59,388 bases of DNA from a virus (taxonomy: Duplodnaviria; Caudoviricetes). Positions within the stretch are counted from its first letter, which is position 1; every line of letters starts with the position of its first letter. Positions 31,098 through 41,556 of the stretch are shown here, piece by piece. Both the position numbers and the translations under genes were made by a program. The notes under the pieces were generated by a model. That model ran no database searches, was not told the origin of the DNA, and saw only the letters and a program-made list of their open reading frames with translations. The stretch covers positions 1 to 59,388 of the IMG/VR virus record IMGVR_UViG_3300037245_003140. The stretch is one strand, 5' to 3'.

Positions 31098-31334
31098 ATG
31101 AAAACAGAAAAGTATTGCAGAAAATGTCGCAAGAAAAAACCTCTAACAGAATTTTATAAACACGGATCAACTAAAGATGGATATGTAAACCAGCGTAAAA
31201 CGTGTAAGAGAAAATATTCAAAAGGGTATAGAAAATTAATAATCAAAAACATTATTGTTAAACATATAAAACCTGTACAAGTAAAAAACAGGTTAATTTT
31301 AGATGTTAATAATGCGCCAGTGATCACATTCTAA
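31098..31334 (+). CDS. Zinc-finger-like protein with one Cys ligand replaced by Arg
   Basis: CRKC..KPLTEFYK....DGY..QRKTC; CGT stands where TGT is expected. Confidence 0.55.
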   Translation: MKTEKYCRKCRKKKPLTEFYKHGSTKDGYVNQRKTCKRKYSKGYRKLIIKNIIVKHIKPVQVKNRLILDVNNAPVITF

Positions 31335-31789
31335 AATAAAAGGGGTATAGAATGAAAAACTTTATCATACCAGACAATAATAAAATAGTACCTGCAAAAA
31401 AAATAATATCACTTGCTTTATCAGAGCTAATTAAAAATAAAATCCTTGATAATTTATCAGTTTTAAAGATAAAATCATTAATAAATATCGTGGAAAAAGA
31501 TTTTCCCGATACGGTTATTGTGAATATTAAAGAGGAAGTTTCGAGATGTTAAATCAGCACTATAAAGATTATGAAATAAAAAAGTTAATCGAAAAGAGTG
31601 GCAATTTTGAGCTTGTGAAAGCAGAATTGAAAGTAATTAAAACAGGCAAAACGAAAATCGGTTATCTTGTGGAAGATAGGACAGATAAAAAAATGAAAGT
31701 TGAATTGTTTTTCAAGGAAGATAAAGCGAGAGAGTGTTTTGAAAAGAAAAACCCGGTTGATTAGTCCGGGTTAGGGTTTAATAACTCAT

Positions 31790-31963
31790 CTATCTCCAAA
31801 GATTAGAAGCTTTAAAAAACCGTCTTCCCCTTTTCCAGAGATGAAGTTCAAAACATCCTAAATAAAATTCAACACATAGCCATCCATTGAATTTTGGTGC
31901 AATGATCTTGAACCCTACTCCAAAACTTCTAATAAGCACGATATGTATTTTATATGTTAACAT
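31790..31963 (-). CDS. 57-aa hypothetical protein, duplicate of 43972-44145
   Basis: GGAGG RBS; 157/174 nt identical to the other copy by manual alignment. Confidence 0.75.
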   Translation of the reverse strand: MLTYKIHIVLIRSFGVGFKIIAPKFNGWLCVEFYLGCFELHLWKRGRRFFKASNLWR

Positions 31964-32009
31964 TCTTATCCTCCAATTCATTTCCCAATATGTTTATATT
32001 GGGCTATAT

Positions 32010-32423
32010 TTATTCAAAATCTAATTTAGTTTCTCGGTCCCAATTATCATGTATACAAGAAGGAGAGTGTCCATATCTTGGATTGCATTTACAACCGCAT
32101 ACGTATTTTAACTTATACCATTTATCTGGTTTTTCTAAAAAACTAATAATTTTATCATTCAATAGTGCATAATGAATTTCGTTACATGTGGAAAGCCCAA
32201 TATAACCACCTGGGTTTATAACTAAAATTTCACTACTTATATCAATTTTTTTAAAATGTAGTTTATCCAGATCTGATTTCGTTTCTAAAGTTAAATTTAA
32301 ATCTGATATATGACCAAAAACACCGACACTTAAAACTATATTTCCTTTTAAAGTCTCTTTTTCTGTTATCTCTTCAAATTTATTTTTGAATTTTGTTGAG
32401 CCACATAAGGTTATAATTTTCAT
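32010..32423 (-). CDS. Conserved phage protein, possibly nucleoside deoxyribosyltransferase-like fold
   Basis: ITLCGSTKF...LH.KKID.S..I.VIN.GGYIG.ST..EI.YA pattern. Confidence 0.6.
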   Translation of the reverse strand: MKIITLCGSTKFKNKFEEITEKETLKGNIVLSVGVFGHISDLNLTLETKSDLDKLHFKKIDISSEILVINPGGYIGLSTCNEIHYALLNDKIISFLEKPDKWYKLKYVCGCKCNPRYGHSPSCIHDNWDRETKLDFE

Positions 32424-33690
32424 TTATCTATTCTCCCAATACCAGCTTTTTCTGGAATAACTCCCTTTAGGGCAGTCTATTTTATCAAGAATATCATTAA
32501 GTAGGTCAATTTTCTCCATAAGAGTATGTGAAAACGTGACTTTCTGTTGAATTATTCTTAAAATAGTTATATTAGGGTCTTTACCATAATAAAGCTTAAT
32601 GGAAACATTCAAGTCATCAAGTTCATCTTGAAATTGGCTACGTTGATCTAATATAATTTCTCTTATGTCCATCTTGTCCATCCAATTATTATAGCCCAAT
32701 ACATCGATATTGGGCGGGTTATTATTATCTTTTATTTCTATATTGAGGGAATTTAACCCAAATATCGCACCCTTTATCTATAAACGCCTTAAGCCTCTTA
32801 GTGATAAAACTTTCATAATAGGCTTTATATTCAACGCTCTCAATATATCTTAATTGTGTCCAATGGTAAGACCATCCATATCTTAGTGAAAAAGAATTAT
32901 TATTAGGCATTATTCCCTCTCTTCTAATATTTGTGTTTCGAGTTTTCTCTCAACAGGCTTACTAATTAAAGTATAAATATCAATATAATCAGTTACCCAT
33001 ACCGCATATATAGAAACTGATTCAGTAACGCCATTTTTAGGCTCTGGAGCTTCATATTCAAATTCTATTGAAAGTGAGATTCCCATATGATTTATTATTT
33101 TCTTTACCACTTAAAACCCTCCTATCGTTATTCCCCAATAAATCCCATTAAATATAATAAGAAAATTTAGGGTGAATGAATAGAATATCATTTTCCCAAC
33201 TTTCTAGTTTCGGTAAATAATAATTTTAAACATGTGTAAGAAATACTAAAAGGGATAGCAAAATCCTTTATTACCTGTTTTCTGGAATTATATTCGCCCT
33301 GGCATATAGCAATCAGTATTAAGAGTTTTTCAGCTAAATAGACTACTATTAACATACAGGCTAATGTTTTAATTATTGTTTCAAGTATCATATATCCTCC
33401 ATAACTCTATGTAATTATTCAATTGTTATTTCCCCACCGCAAAATAAACAAAACATAATTTTGTTAGAATCAAGGTCACCATTGCCGACAAAAAAGCTCC
33501 TTAAACAAGAAGTGTTGTATTTAAGGCCTTCTTCTTCGAACTCATCGACACTCCAATTGCAGTAATTTTCTTCTGGTTCTGGTGGCGGTTGTTCCCATCC
33601 GCACGAACAATCTTGATTTTCACCTGTGCCGCCTTCAAGATAAGAGTTACATTCTGGGCAGTATAAAAGTGACATAATATCCTCCGTTTT

Positions 33691-35021
33691 ACACCTTGAT
33701 CTCTCAGGGTGTTTGGTTTATCCCTCAAGAATCTCTATTTTATTTTCTAGGTCTTTAATCTTACGTTTCAATGTCTCATTTTTTTTCTGAGTCTCAAATT
33801 TATATCTTTCGTTTGTAAAATGGGTTTTAAATTTATCTCTTGCTACTCTCAAGTCTATCAGATTATTCCCATCTTCTTTCAAAGATGATTTTAAAAGACC
33901 ATATTTGAAAGTATTTTTATGTATCTTTTTTTCTAAATTAAGAACATCGTTGTTAAATGCTATCATATCCAATTCCATCTCTCTCATTCTATCTGGCATC
34001 TCAAATCTCCTTGTTATAATTAAACCACTTAACAATCTCAGGGCATTTGGAACGATATTCTCTATATAATGCTCTAGGGTTAAGTGGCTTAATACATACC
34101 CTGATCTCTTAGGGTGTTTGGTTTAACTACATCTAAGAATGTAAATGTTTTTTCTATAGTCAGGCTGTTGACCCTCGAAACAATGGTCAACAACAGTTGT
34201 TATTTTTACCTTATGTATTTTAAAAGGGAATTCTGACATTTGATCTAAAATATTTTCTTTAATTGTTATGGAGTTTGGTTTTTGGTGATTCCAATCGTAG
34301 TGGCTAAAATAATCTATCTTGTCTACAATATAAACACCACTATTTTGGGATATTATTTCAGCCTTCACACTAAATCTGTCGTGCCCCCATACTATTTGTG
34401 TAATCGTAATCTTGAGGAGGCGTTTTTAATATGGGGTGTTCTTTTGTTATATTGATTGAGTTCATCTCACAATCTCCTGTATTAATTAAACCCCCTTAGG
34501 GGCGGTTGGTTATTTAGTATTCAGAAGGGTTTACAGCTTCAGTACAACCCCTATATCCTGTATTTTTAAATCTTTTCAGGTTCCAAGAACATTGGTTCAT
34601 TTTATCTTGGTAAGATTCCATTTCTCCTTTAAAATGCGGAGAAGAATATCTATTTCCAGTTGCAGAGCTTCCATAAAAATAATAAGCTACAAGTAGGTCA
34701 TAATTATAGATAAGCTTAATAGAGCTTCCCGCAACGTTTCCACTTCCCGGAGCATTCCAAGAATAAGAAACTATTGTAATACTTTTTTTACCGTTTTTAA
34801 GGTTCCAAAATTCAAGCTTATTCATTTTTTTTAAATTCTTCAAAACTTTAATCCCGTAATCTTCAGACGGTGTTGAATAATCATTCCCAACACAATCAGA
34901 AGGATTCAAAATATTCAAACCTGATTTAGTTTTGCTTACTATTTCTTTTCCACTTACTGTTTTTTTTCATGAGTTCAATCTCCTAATAGTATTTAATCCC
35001 CTTTTCAGGGGAGTTGGTTTA
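33691..35021 (-). repeat. Four related intergenic AACCAA-plus-hairpin elements
   Basis: At ~33691-33720, 34096-34125, 34487-34516 and 34995-35021; each directly follows a TAA stop. Confidence 0.7.
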
Positions 35022-35649
35022 AATTGTGAAACAGTTACTTATTACTTCGTGCTGATCAAGGTCAAGAACGTTGATCTCGTCAATTGAAAACATATTAATA
35101 TTACCGTCTCTATCGATTACAACTCTTTTACCCGAAGGAGCGTTTTCGATTGCTTTTCTTATTTCATTTTCAACATCGCACTTATCACAGCTATTAAACT
35201 CCGCTACATCAAGATCAATTTCTTTTCCGCATATTTCGCAGATAACAGGTTCTTGAGGTGTAGAATTTTTCCAAGATTCTGTTATTATATCCATTGTCTT
35301 ACTTACTATTTCAGTGTCTGTCATTTTTTTATTTGAAGTTGTTTTTGTCATTATATTTTCCTTTGTTTTGGTTATTTATTTGCTCTTAAAACCCTTGCAA
35401 CTGCCAAATTTAAAGCACCTTGATCATCGTCAGAAAGATTTAAATCTGAAATTATTCCTAACCATTTTCTATTTTTATCTTTTCTATCTTTGATCTCGTA
35501 TTTATCAATAATTATTCCGGCTTTTTCTTCAAGGCAATCTGCGGAATCGGAAACTTTTTTGAATTCTTCTGATATTTTCTTTATGATTTCTATAGTAACT
35601 GGTTTCATTTTGTTTTCCTTTGTTTGTTTTTGTTAAGCTCTTAAGTACT

Positions 35650-35750
35650 ATACTACAGGATGTTTTATATGTTGTCAAGTTCTTTTTTACAATCTGTTTA
35701 ATATAATAATTAATAATCAACTTGACAATATGATTTATATAGAATAAGAT
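35650..35750. promoter_or_regulatory. Divergent sigma70 promoter pair
   Basis: Minus strand: TTGACA (35678-35673)-17-TAGTAT. Plus strand: TTGACA (35722-35727)-17-TAAGAT. Confidence 0.75.
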
Positions 35751-35757
35751 CTTAGAT

Positions 35758-35940
35758 ATGAAAATCATAAACAAAACAGGACACAACAAAATCAAAGAAG
35801 CAGAGGAAAACTTTAAAAGAGTCAAAGAGTATTTTACTGCGAATAGGAATAATTCAAAAGCGGAATGCTCAAGAGATCTTAAATTAAGTTATCCAACGGT
35901 ATTAAAGTACGCAAGCCAATTAGAAAAAGAGGGGGAATAA
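35758..35940 (+). CDS. Small HTH protein
   Basis: SKAECSRDLKLSYPTVLKYASQLEKEG; ATG only 7 nt after the -10 box, so probably leaderless. Confidence 0.7.
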   Translation: MKIINKTGHNKIKEAEENFKRVKEYFTANRNNSKAECSRDLKLSYPTVLKYASQLEKEGE

Positions 35941-35941
35941 G

Positions 35942-36109
35942 ATGGAATATACAATAACTTTGGCAAATAACGTCTTTGAATTAGAAACAATTGTAAGAAT
36001 GAATATTAAAGAAGGTTGGATTCCTCAAGGCGGTGTTTTTGTTGCTGAAAGTTCACAAAGCAACGCATTCGGTCAGGCAATGATTAAGACAGATAAATGG
36101 GATGAATAA
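35942..36109 (+). CDS. DUF1737-like small protein (55 aa, not in the ORF track)
   Basis: EGWIPQGGV...FGQAMIK motif. Confidence 0.65.
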   Translation: MEYTITLANNVFELETIVRMNIKEGWIPQGGVFVAESSQSNAFGQAMIKTDKWDE

Positions 36110-36110
36110 T

Positions 36111-36766
36111 ATGGGAGAGAGTGGCGCAATTAATAATCAGCTATTAAACAGATTAATATTATCATGTGGAGCTTTGTGTCACACAGACCCGTAAAATTGT
36201 CAGTGTTTTGGGCCGATGACTCAAAAAGAAGCTGATGACATAGGTATGGATCTGGAAGATGTTAATAGCCATATATTTTACACAATGGAAGAATGTTTGC
36301 ATTATGATAAAGAATCGTACAATTTCGATAAGGAGAGAGAAGAGGATATCGCTCTTTTAATAAAAATGATGGGAGAAGAATTTACAAAAAAGAGGTTTTA
36401 GAACTATTTAAAAAAATAGAAGACTCAGGTGAAACATTACAGGACAATATACATTTCCTAGCGACCACTAAAGCTTTTAGAAGTGCATTTGGAGATAAAT
36501 TCTCAAACACAGAAGGGTATGTGTATTTAATCTATACTAATATTGGGGTTAAAATAGGCAAATCTATAAGCCCAAAAGAAAGAATAAAAACATTATCCAA
36601 AAGCTCTCCTGTAAAATTCATAGGTTCTGATATTTTTAAAGTTAAAAACATGCATCAAACTGAAGCTTTGCTCCATAGGAAATATAAAAACCGTCAAATA
36701 AATGGAGAGTGGTTTAATTTAGAAAAAGAGCAAATTGAAGATATTCAAGAGGCGTTGAAAGTATGA
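36111..36766 (+). pseudogene. Interrupted gene ending in a GIY-YIG/T5orf172-like domain
   Basis: In-frame TAA at 36192 and a -1 frame change at A AAA AAG (36386-36392) leading into GYVYLI...KIGKS..P..R...GEWF. Confidence 0.6.
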
Positions 36767-38456
36767 TGAAATATTTGATTAAAACCGGGAAAGTTTACGG
36801 GGAAATTAAAAAGGATTTAAATAATATATTTAGATCTATAAAAATGGAGAAAATAAAATGTTAAAAACAACCCAATATTCAGAAAGATATTTTAGGTACC
36901 TTTGGGAAAAAAAGCAGATATCATTTGCTGAACTTTCTCACTGTTATCCTTGTTGTATGGTAGCGACTAAAAAAGAGTGTTTAAGATGTCGATTGAATCC
37001 TGATTGTAAGTTGTTTGGGCAAGTCGAGCCGTCAAAAATTATAAACAGAGACGGGACAAGATTTGCTTTAGCATCACGTATTAATAATTATGGTTGGGAT
37101 TTTGCAGAAAAGAAGCTTACTGGTTTTTGGGATATTCTAGCAGAATATTTCACGGCATAATCAAAACCCGATCAAGAAAGGGATTTGCCAAGTTGACAAA
37201 GGGTAAGAATATGATTTTAATTTAATTGTATTTTCAAATAATTAAGGATTGAATAAAATGGATGGATATAAGAGAGCTAATAAAGTTTCACCATCAGAAG
37301 CCAAGAAAATAGGAAGAGAAATAAGTCAAGATGATCTTGGAATTATGTTTGATAATGCTAAAAAAGGAGTTTCAGACTGGGGGAAACCTAGCAGGGTGAA
37401 TAATTCTTTTTCTACAGGGTGGGCGTGGAATAAATTTTATAAACCTTTTATCCTTGGAAACCTCACCCATAACCTTGCAAAAAGGAACGCTGTGTGGGAA
37501 TTTGGGGAATTTTTACCAGAAGAGTTAAAGCCTTGGCGGTACGTAAGAAATAAATCAAAAACACCAGTACACCACGAAGAGCCAATATTTTAATAAAAAA
37601 TTGAATAACAGGAGGGACAATGGAAATATCAAAAGAGCATACCGTGTGGGTGGAAGATTTTTATTTAAAAAAAATGTACAAAGCTGGTCACTGTATCGAA
37701 GCCACCGACCAAATGGTTAAAGAGTTCCCTGAATTAAAGAAAGTTAGAGGGATGATTTCTGCTCACTCGAAAGATAAAAAGCGCCAACACTGGTGGTGTA
37801 TAGACCCAAATGAAAACATTATAGACCCTACTAATTACCAATTTAGCCATATAGGTACAGATTTCTCATACTTTCCAGTGGATGAATCTAAAAACCCTAC
37901 TTGGATATGTTGTAATTGTGGCGATGTGGCTTATAATTATAATTCCACATGTGGTGATAAATGCTCTAAAATAATGAAAGAATACTATAAAATCAACTAA
38001 CTATGTGAATAACAGGAGGGATTATGAGTGATTTTAGACCAAAGGATAAAGTTTATGTTGATGGAACGGGTGAAGCGACAACAATTGATGACAGCGACCA
38101 CGATGAGCCAACCGCAATTGGGTTTATATGGATAAACGATTGCTACGGTAATAAATGCGTTTTATTAAAATCAGTCCATCACGACCCTGACAGACTCGTA
38201 AGAGAAGCAGTTAAGGAAGCTATAGAGAAAACCAGTAAGCAGCCTAAAAGGAGGGTAGATAGGTGGTTTAATTTATTTGTAGATGATTCCGGTGGGTCCA
38301 GATATTTCTCTTACTCTTCAGAAGAAAAGGCTATAAATGATAGTTTTGATTGTTCAGGGTTAAAGTTTATCGCCATAGCTCAAAAGATAGAGGTAGAAGA
38401 ATAAAAGAGGGGAAAGGCCGAAATGAAAACCACTAAACATATTCGAGGTTAAAAAA

Positions 38457-38657
38457 ATGGAATGGATTAACATAAAAGATAGTTTACCAGAAGAAAAGCC
38501 ATATAGGTTGGAATGTGTTTTAATGTCTCGAATAAACGGGCCAGTGTTCGAAGGGTTTTTTAATACTAAAACAAATGATTTTATGAGTGTGGAATTTATA
38601 GTGGTTAATCATTTAGTAACTCATTGGATGAAAATGCCAGATCCACCTGTTAAATAA
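38457..38657 (+). CDS. DUF551-family protein
   Basis: MEWINIKDSLPE...VTHWMKMPDPP. Confidence 0.85.
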   Translation: MEWINIKDSLPEEKPYRLECVLMSRINGPVFEGFFNTKTNDFMSVEFIVVNHLVTHWMKMPDPPVK

Positions 38658-38724
38658 ATTCATTGTTAAAACAACCATATGTGATATAGTTCAGATTATT
38701 AATATAATTAATCAAGGTGCTTAA

Positions 38725-39144
38725 ATGAGAGAAATAAACAAAGCAATTATCCATTGTTCAGATTCGACATGGGGTGATTCAGAAGTAATAAATTACTGGC
38801 ATGTCATTGATAAAGGATTTGATGAAATAGGATATCACTATGTAATTCTAAATGGTCACAGGTTCGGTAAAAAATACAGGCCGGAAGATAATGGCCTTAT
38901 TGAGACAGGAAGAAATATAGAAGTTATTGGGGCTCATTGTAAAGGCTACAATACAGGATCAATTGGAATCTGCTTAATCGGGAAACATCATTTTTCCCAA
39001 AAGCAACTTGAATCGTTTTCAGGTTTAATTGCAGAGCTAAGAATTAAACATAATATAACATCTGCTGACGTTTTCGGGCATTATGAATTTTCAGACGAAA
39101 AAACCTGCCCAAATATGACATCAGAATTTTTAAGGAGATTATAA
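38725..39144 (+). CDS. Endolysin, N-acetylmuramoyl-L-alanine amidase (T7 lysozyme-like)
   Basis: IIHCS, IGYHYVI, GAHCKGYN..SIGICLIG, GH....KTCP. Confidence 0.93.
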   Translation: MREINKAIIHCSDSTWGDSEVINYWHVIDKGFDEIGYHYVILNGHRFGKKYRPEDNGLIETGRNIEVIGAHCKGYNTGSIGICLIGKHHFSQKQLESFSGLIAELRIKHNITSADVFGHYEFSDEKTCPNMTSEFLRRL

Positions 39145-39729
39145 ATGGGTAATATTTGGAAGAGCATATCAGAAGGTATTGCAGACTTTGCCCCGACAAT
39201 TGCAAAAACAATTCTACCTGGTCCAATTGGTGGAATTGCTTCTCTTGGAATAAAAGCTCTAACCGATATGTTAGGATTAACATCAGAAGAAGCAAAAAGC
39301 CCTAAAGCTATTAAAAAGGCAGTTGAAAATATGACTCCTGAATTAGCCTTGGAGCTTAGAAAAGAAAATAACTCATTCCTAACAAAAATGAAGGAATTGG
39401 GTATAGAAGAACATAAGCTTTTTAACGATGGAAGGGCAAGCGCAAGAGATAGAGAGGTTAAAACGGGGCAGAGTATAATGCCTATTACATGGGTTTTTAT
39501 AGTGGGGTTTTTTATAACTATTATGGCAATCCCCTGTATGATAATATGGGGGAGTGGTTTAAAACCAATGGTATTCACCGCTTTAATGTCTACTTTGAAT
39601 CTTATTGTTGGCTTACTTGGTGGTAAGGTTGCGCAGATTCTCAGTTATTATTACGGAGATTCCGAAAATGGTAACACAATGGGTAAACAGCTGACAAAAA
39701 CCTTAGATAATAATTTGACAAACAAATAA
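39145..39729 (+). CDS. Holin-like membrane protein
   Basis: Follows the amidase; DGRASARDRE, two TM segments, ILSYYYGDS. Confidence 0.7.
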   Translation: MGNIWKSISEGIADFAPTIAKTILPGPIGGIASLGIKALTDMLGLTSEEAKSPKAIKKAVENMTPELALELRKENNSFLTKMKELGIEEHKLFNDGRASARDREVKTGQSIMPITWVFIVGFFITIMAIPCMIIWGSGLKPMVFTALMSTLNLIVGLLGGKVAQILSYYYGDSENGNTMGKQLTKTLDNNLTNK

Positions 39730-39798
39730 AATAATGCATTAATAAATTAATCTCCTTTAATATAGTGGAAGAAGATTAAACTTGATGTCCCACAAATT

Positions 39799-39833
39799 AA
39801 AAGCTCTTAGTGTAAAAACTAAGGGCTTTTTTT
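39799..39833 (+). terminator. Intrinsic terminator
   Basis: AAGCTCTTAGT-GTAAAA-ACTAAGGGCTT followed by a T-tract. Confidence 0.8.
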
Positions 39834-41247
39834 GTCTACAGCAAAATATACCTTGACATTATATACGTATACGTATAATTATAAAACAGACTTTAAATAA
39901 TAATTTTCTACTCGTTGAGAAGAAAGGAGGAACCTATGAAGCTATATTTTTAATCTAATATAGTGGTGAATATGTTGATTATTAATAGCTTTACTAAAAC
40001 ATTGAATCAGAATATAAATCAACCCGTCGGTATATGATGCGCATATTATAGAAATAAGTATATCTGTTAGTTCTTTAAAAAATGAAAACAAACCGGCGGG
40101 TAAAATAAAAAAAAGGAAAAATTAAGTGAAATGTCCTCACTGTAAAGAGCCAATACAAAACAAATGCAAACACTGCGGAAGAAAATGGGAACCTCGAAAA
40201 GATATCTCAATTTGTCCAGACTGTAAAAGATCAGATTGGAACGAGTTTCCTTCTCCAAGTCCAAAAGGCCATATAGGGAGGCCAGTTGCAATATATATAT
40301 GTACTAAAACATGTGAGCACCCACACAGTGAAGAATGCGACGTTTGCTCTAAATCCCCTAATTATTCTCATTGGAAATAGGTTAATAACTTGAATCAAGA
40401 ATTTAAAGGATTGAAAGATGCTTAAAAGAACTATGAGAGCGGAAATAAAAAAAGATGAAAATGGCGATAATATTTGGGATATAGACATTGAGGATAATAG
40501 AGACACTCCGGCGCAAGCTGAAATATTAATAAAAGCAGTTTCTTTTGAGAGAGGGTCTATTATTCATGTTTATGAAGAGATTGAATGAAACCATACCTTA
40601 CAAATATTAAAAATCTTTGGTTTTGTTTACACGATAAATGTTGCCACTTCTTCAACAAAAATTATAATAATAAAAAGAAGTTTTATTAAGGAGAAATATG
40701 AAAGCGGAAAAGTTAGCCAGATTCAAAAAAATAGGTATGTGGTCAGATAAAGATTATATCAGCCCTGGGATATGGAGAAAGAAAAAGAGGTCAAAAAAGT
40801 GAAGATTAAAAAAATCATATTTTATATAATAGCTTTCTTTATTATTTGCCCTACAGCATATTCAGGAAGCAAAGAAACAGCAAGAAAACTCGGTAAATAC
40901 CTATACAAAAGCGTAGTTTTAAACTACATGTGTAAAGACTATATAGGGCCAGAGCATTACGAGATATCAAAAATAAAAGCCATTATAATATATTCCAAGA
41001 TTACGGGGAATAGAGAAGAGGCAGTTCTCCAAATATCTAAGATTGAGGAAAAGTTAAAGACAGGCAATTTAAACAAATCATTAAAAATTAACTTCGACAA
41101 AAGAGGTTTAAGCAATAAAGAAAGAAAATCGATTTGCCTGGAAATGATATCTAAGAATAATAAGATAATTAACTCTCTTGTGAAGAAGTTGAAAAAACGT
41201 AAAAAAATCAAAAAGCCAGCAAATAATTTTAACAAGAGCACAGACAT

Positions 41248-41556
41248 ATGAAATTATTATTAATATTAATCCTAACCCTATTATCTTGCACTCAATACGA
41301 CTATTCATTATGGGAACAAGTAGAAGGGCAAATAATAGAACATGAACATATCCCAGAGACTTGTATTGCTGACGAGTGCGACCCTGCAATATATGAAACA
41401 ACTGTTAAGATTGAAAACGCTTTTATGTTGAATGAAAGCAAGAAATATTATGAAGATCATCATCAATGGCAATATGTAATAGTTTTAAAAAGAAGTGTCC
41501 ATAAGATAAAGAATGGGCATAGGGTATTTTTAAGGAACGAATATAAATTTGAGTAG
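41248..41556 (+). CDS. Predicted lipoprotein
   Basis: MKLLLILILTLLS-C lipobox-like signal. Confidence 0.6.
   Translation: MKLLLILILTLLSCTQYDYSLWEQVEGQIIEHEHIPETCIADECDPAIYETTVKIENAFMLNESKKYYEDHHQWQYVIVLKRSVHKIKNGHRVFLRNEYKFE

Noticed and set aside
33691-35021. CRISPR mini-array or integron attC array
   Set aside because: The repeats are degenerate and separated by whole genes; no cas gene or integron integrase was recognised.
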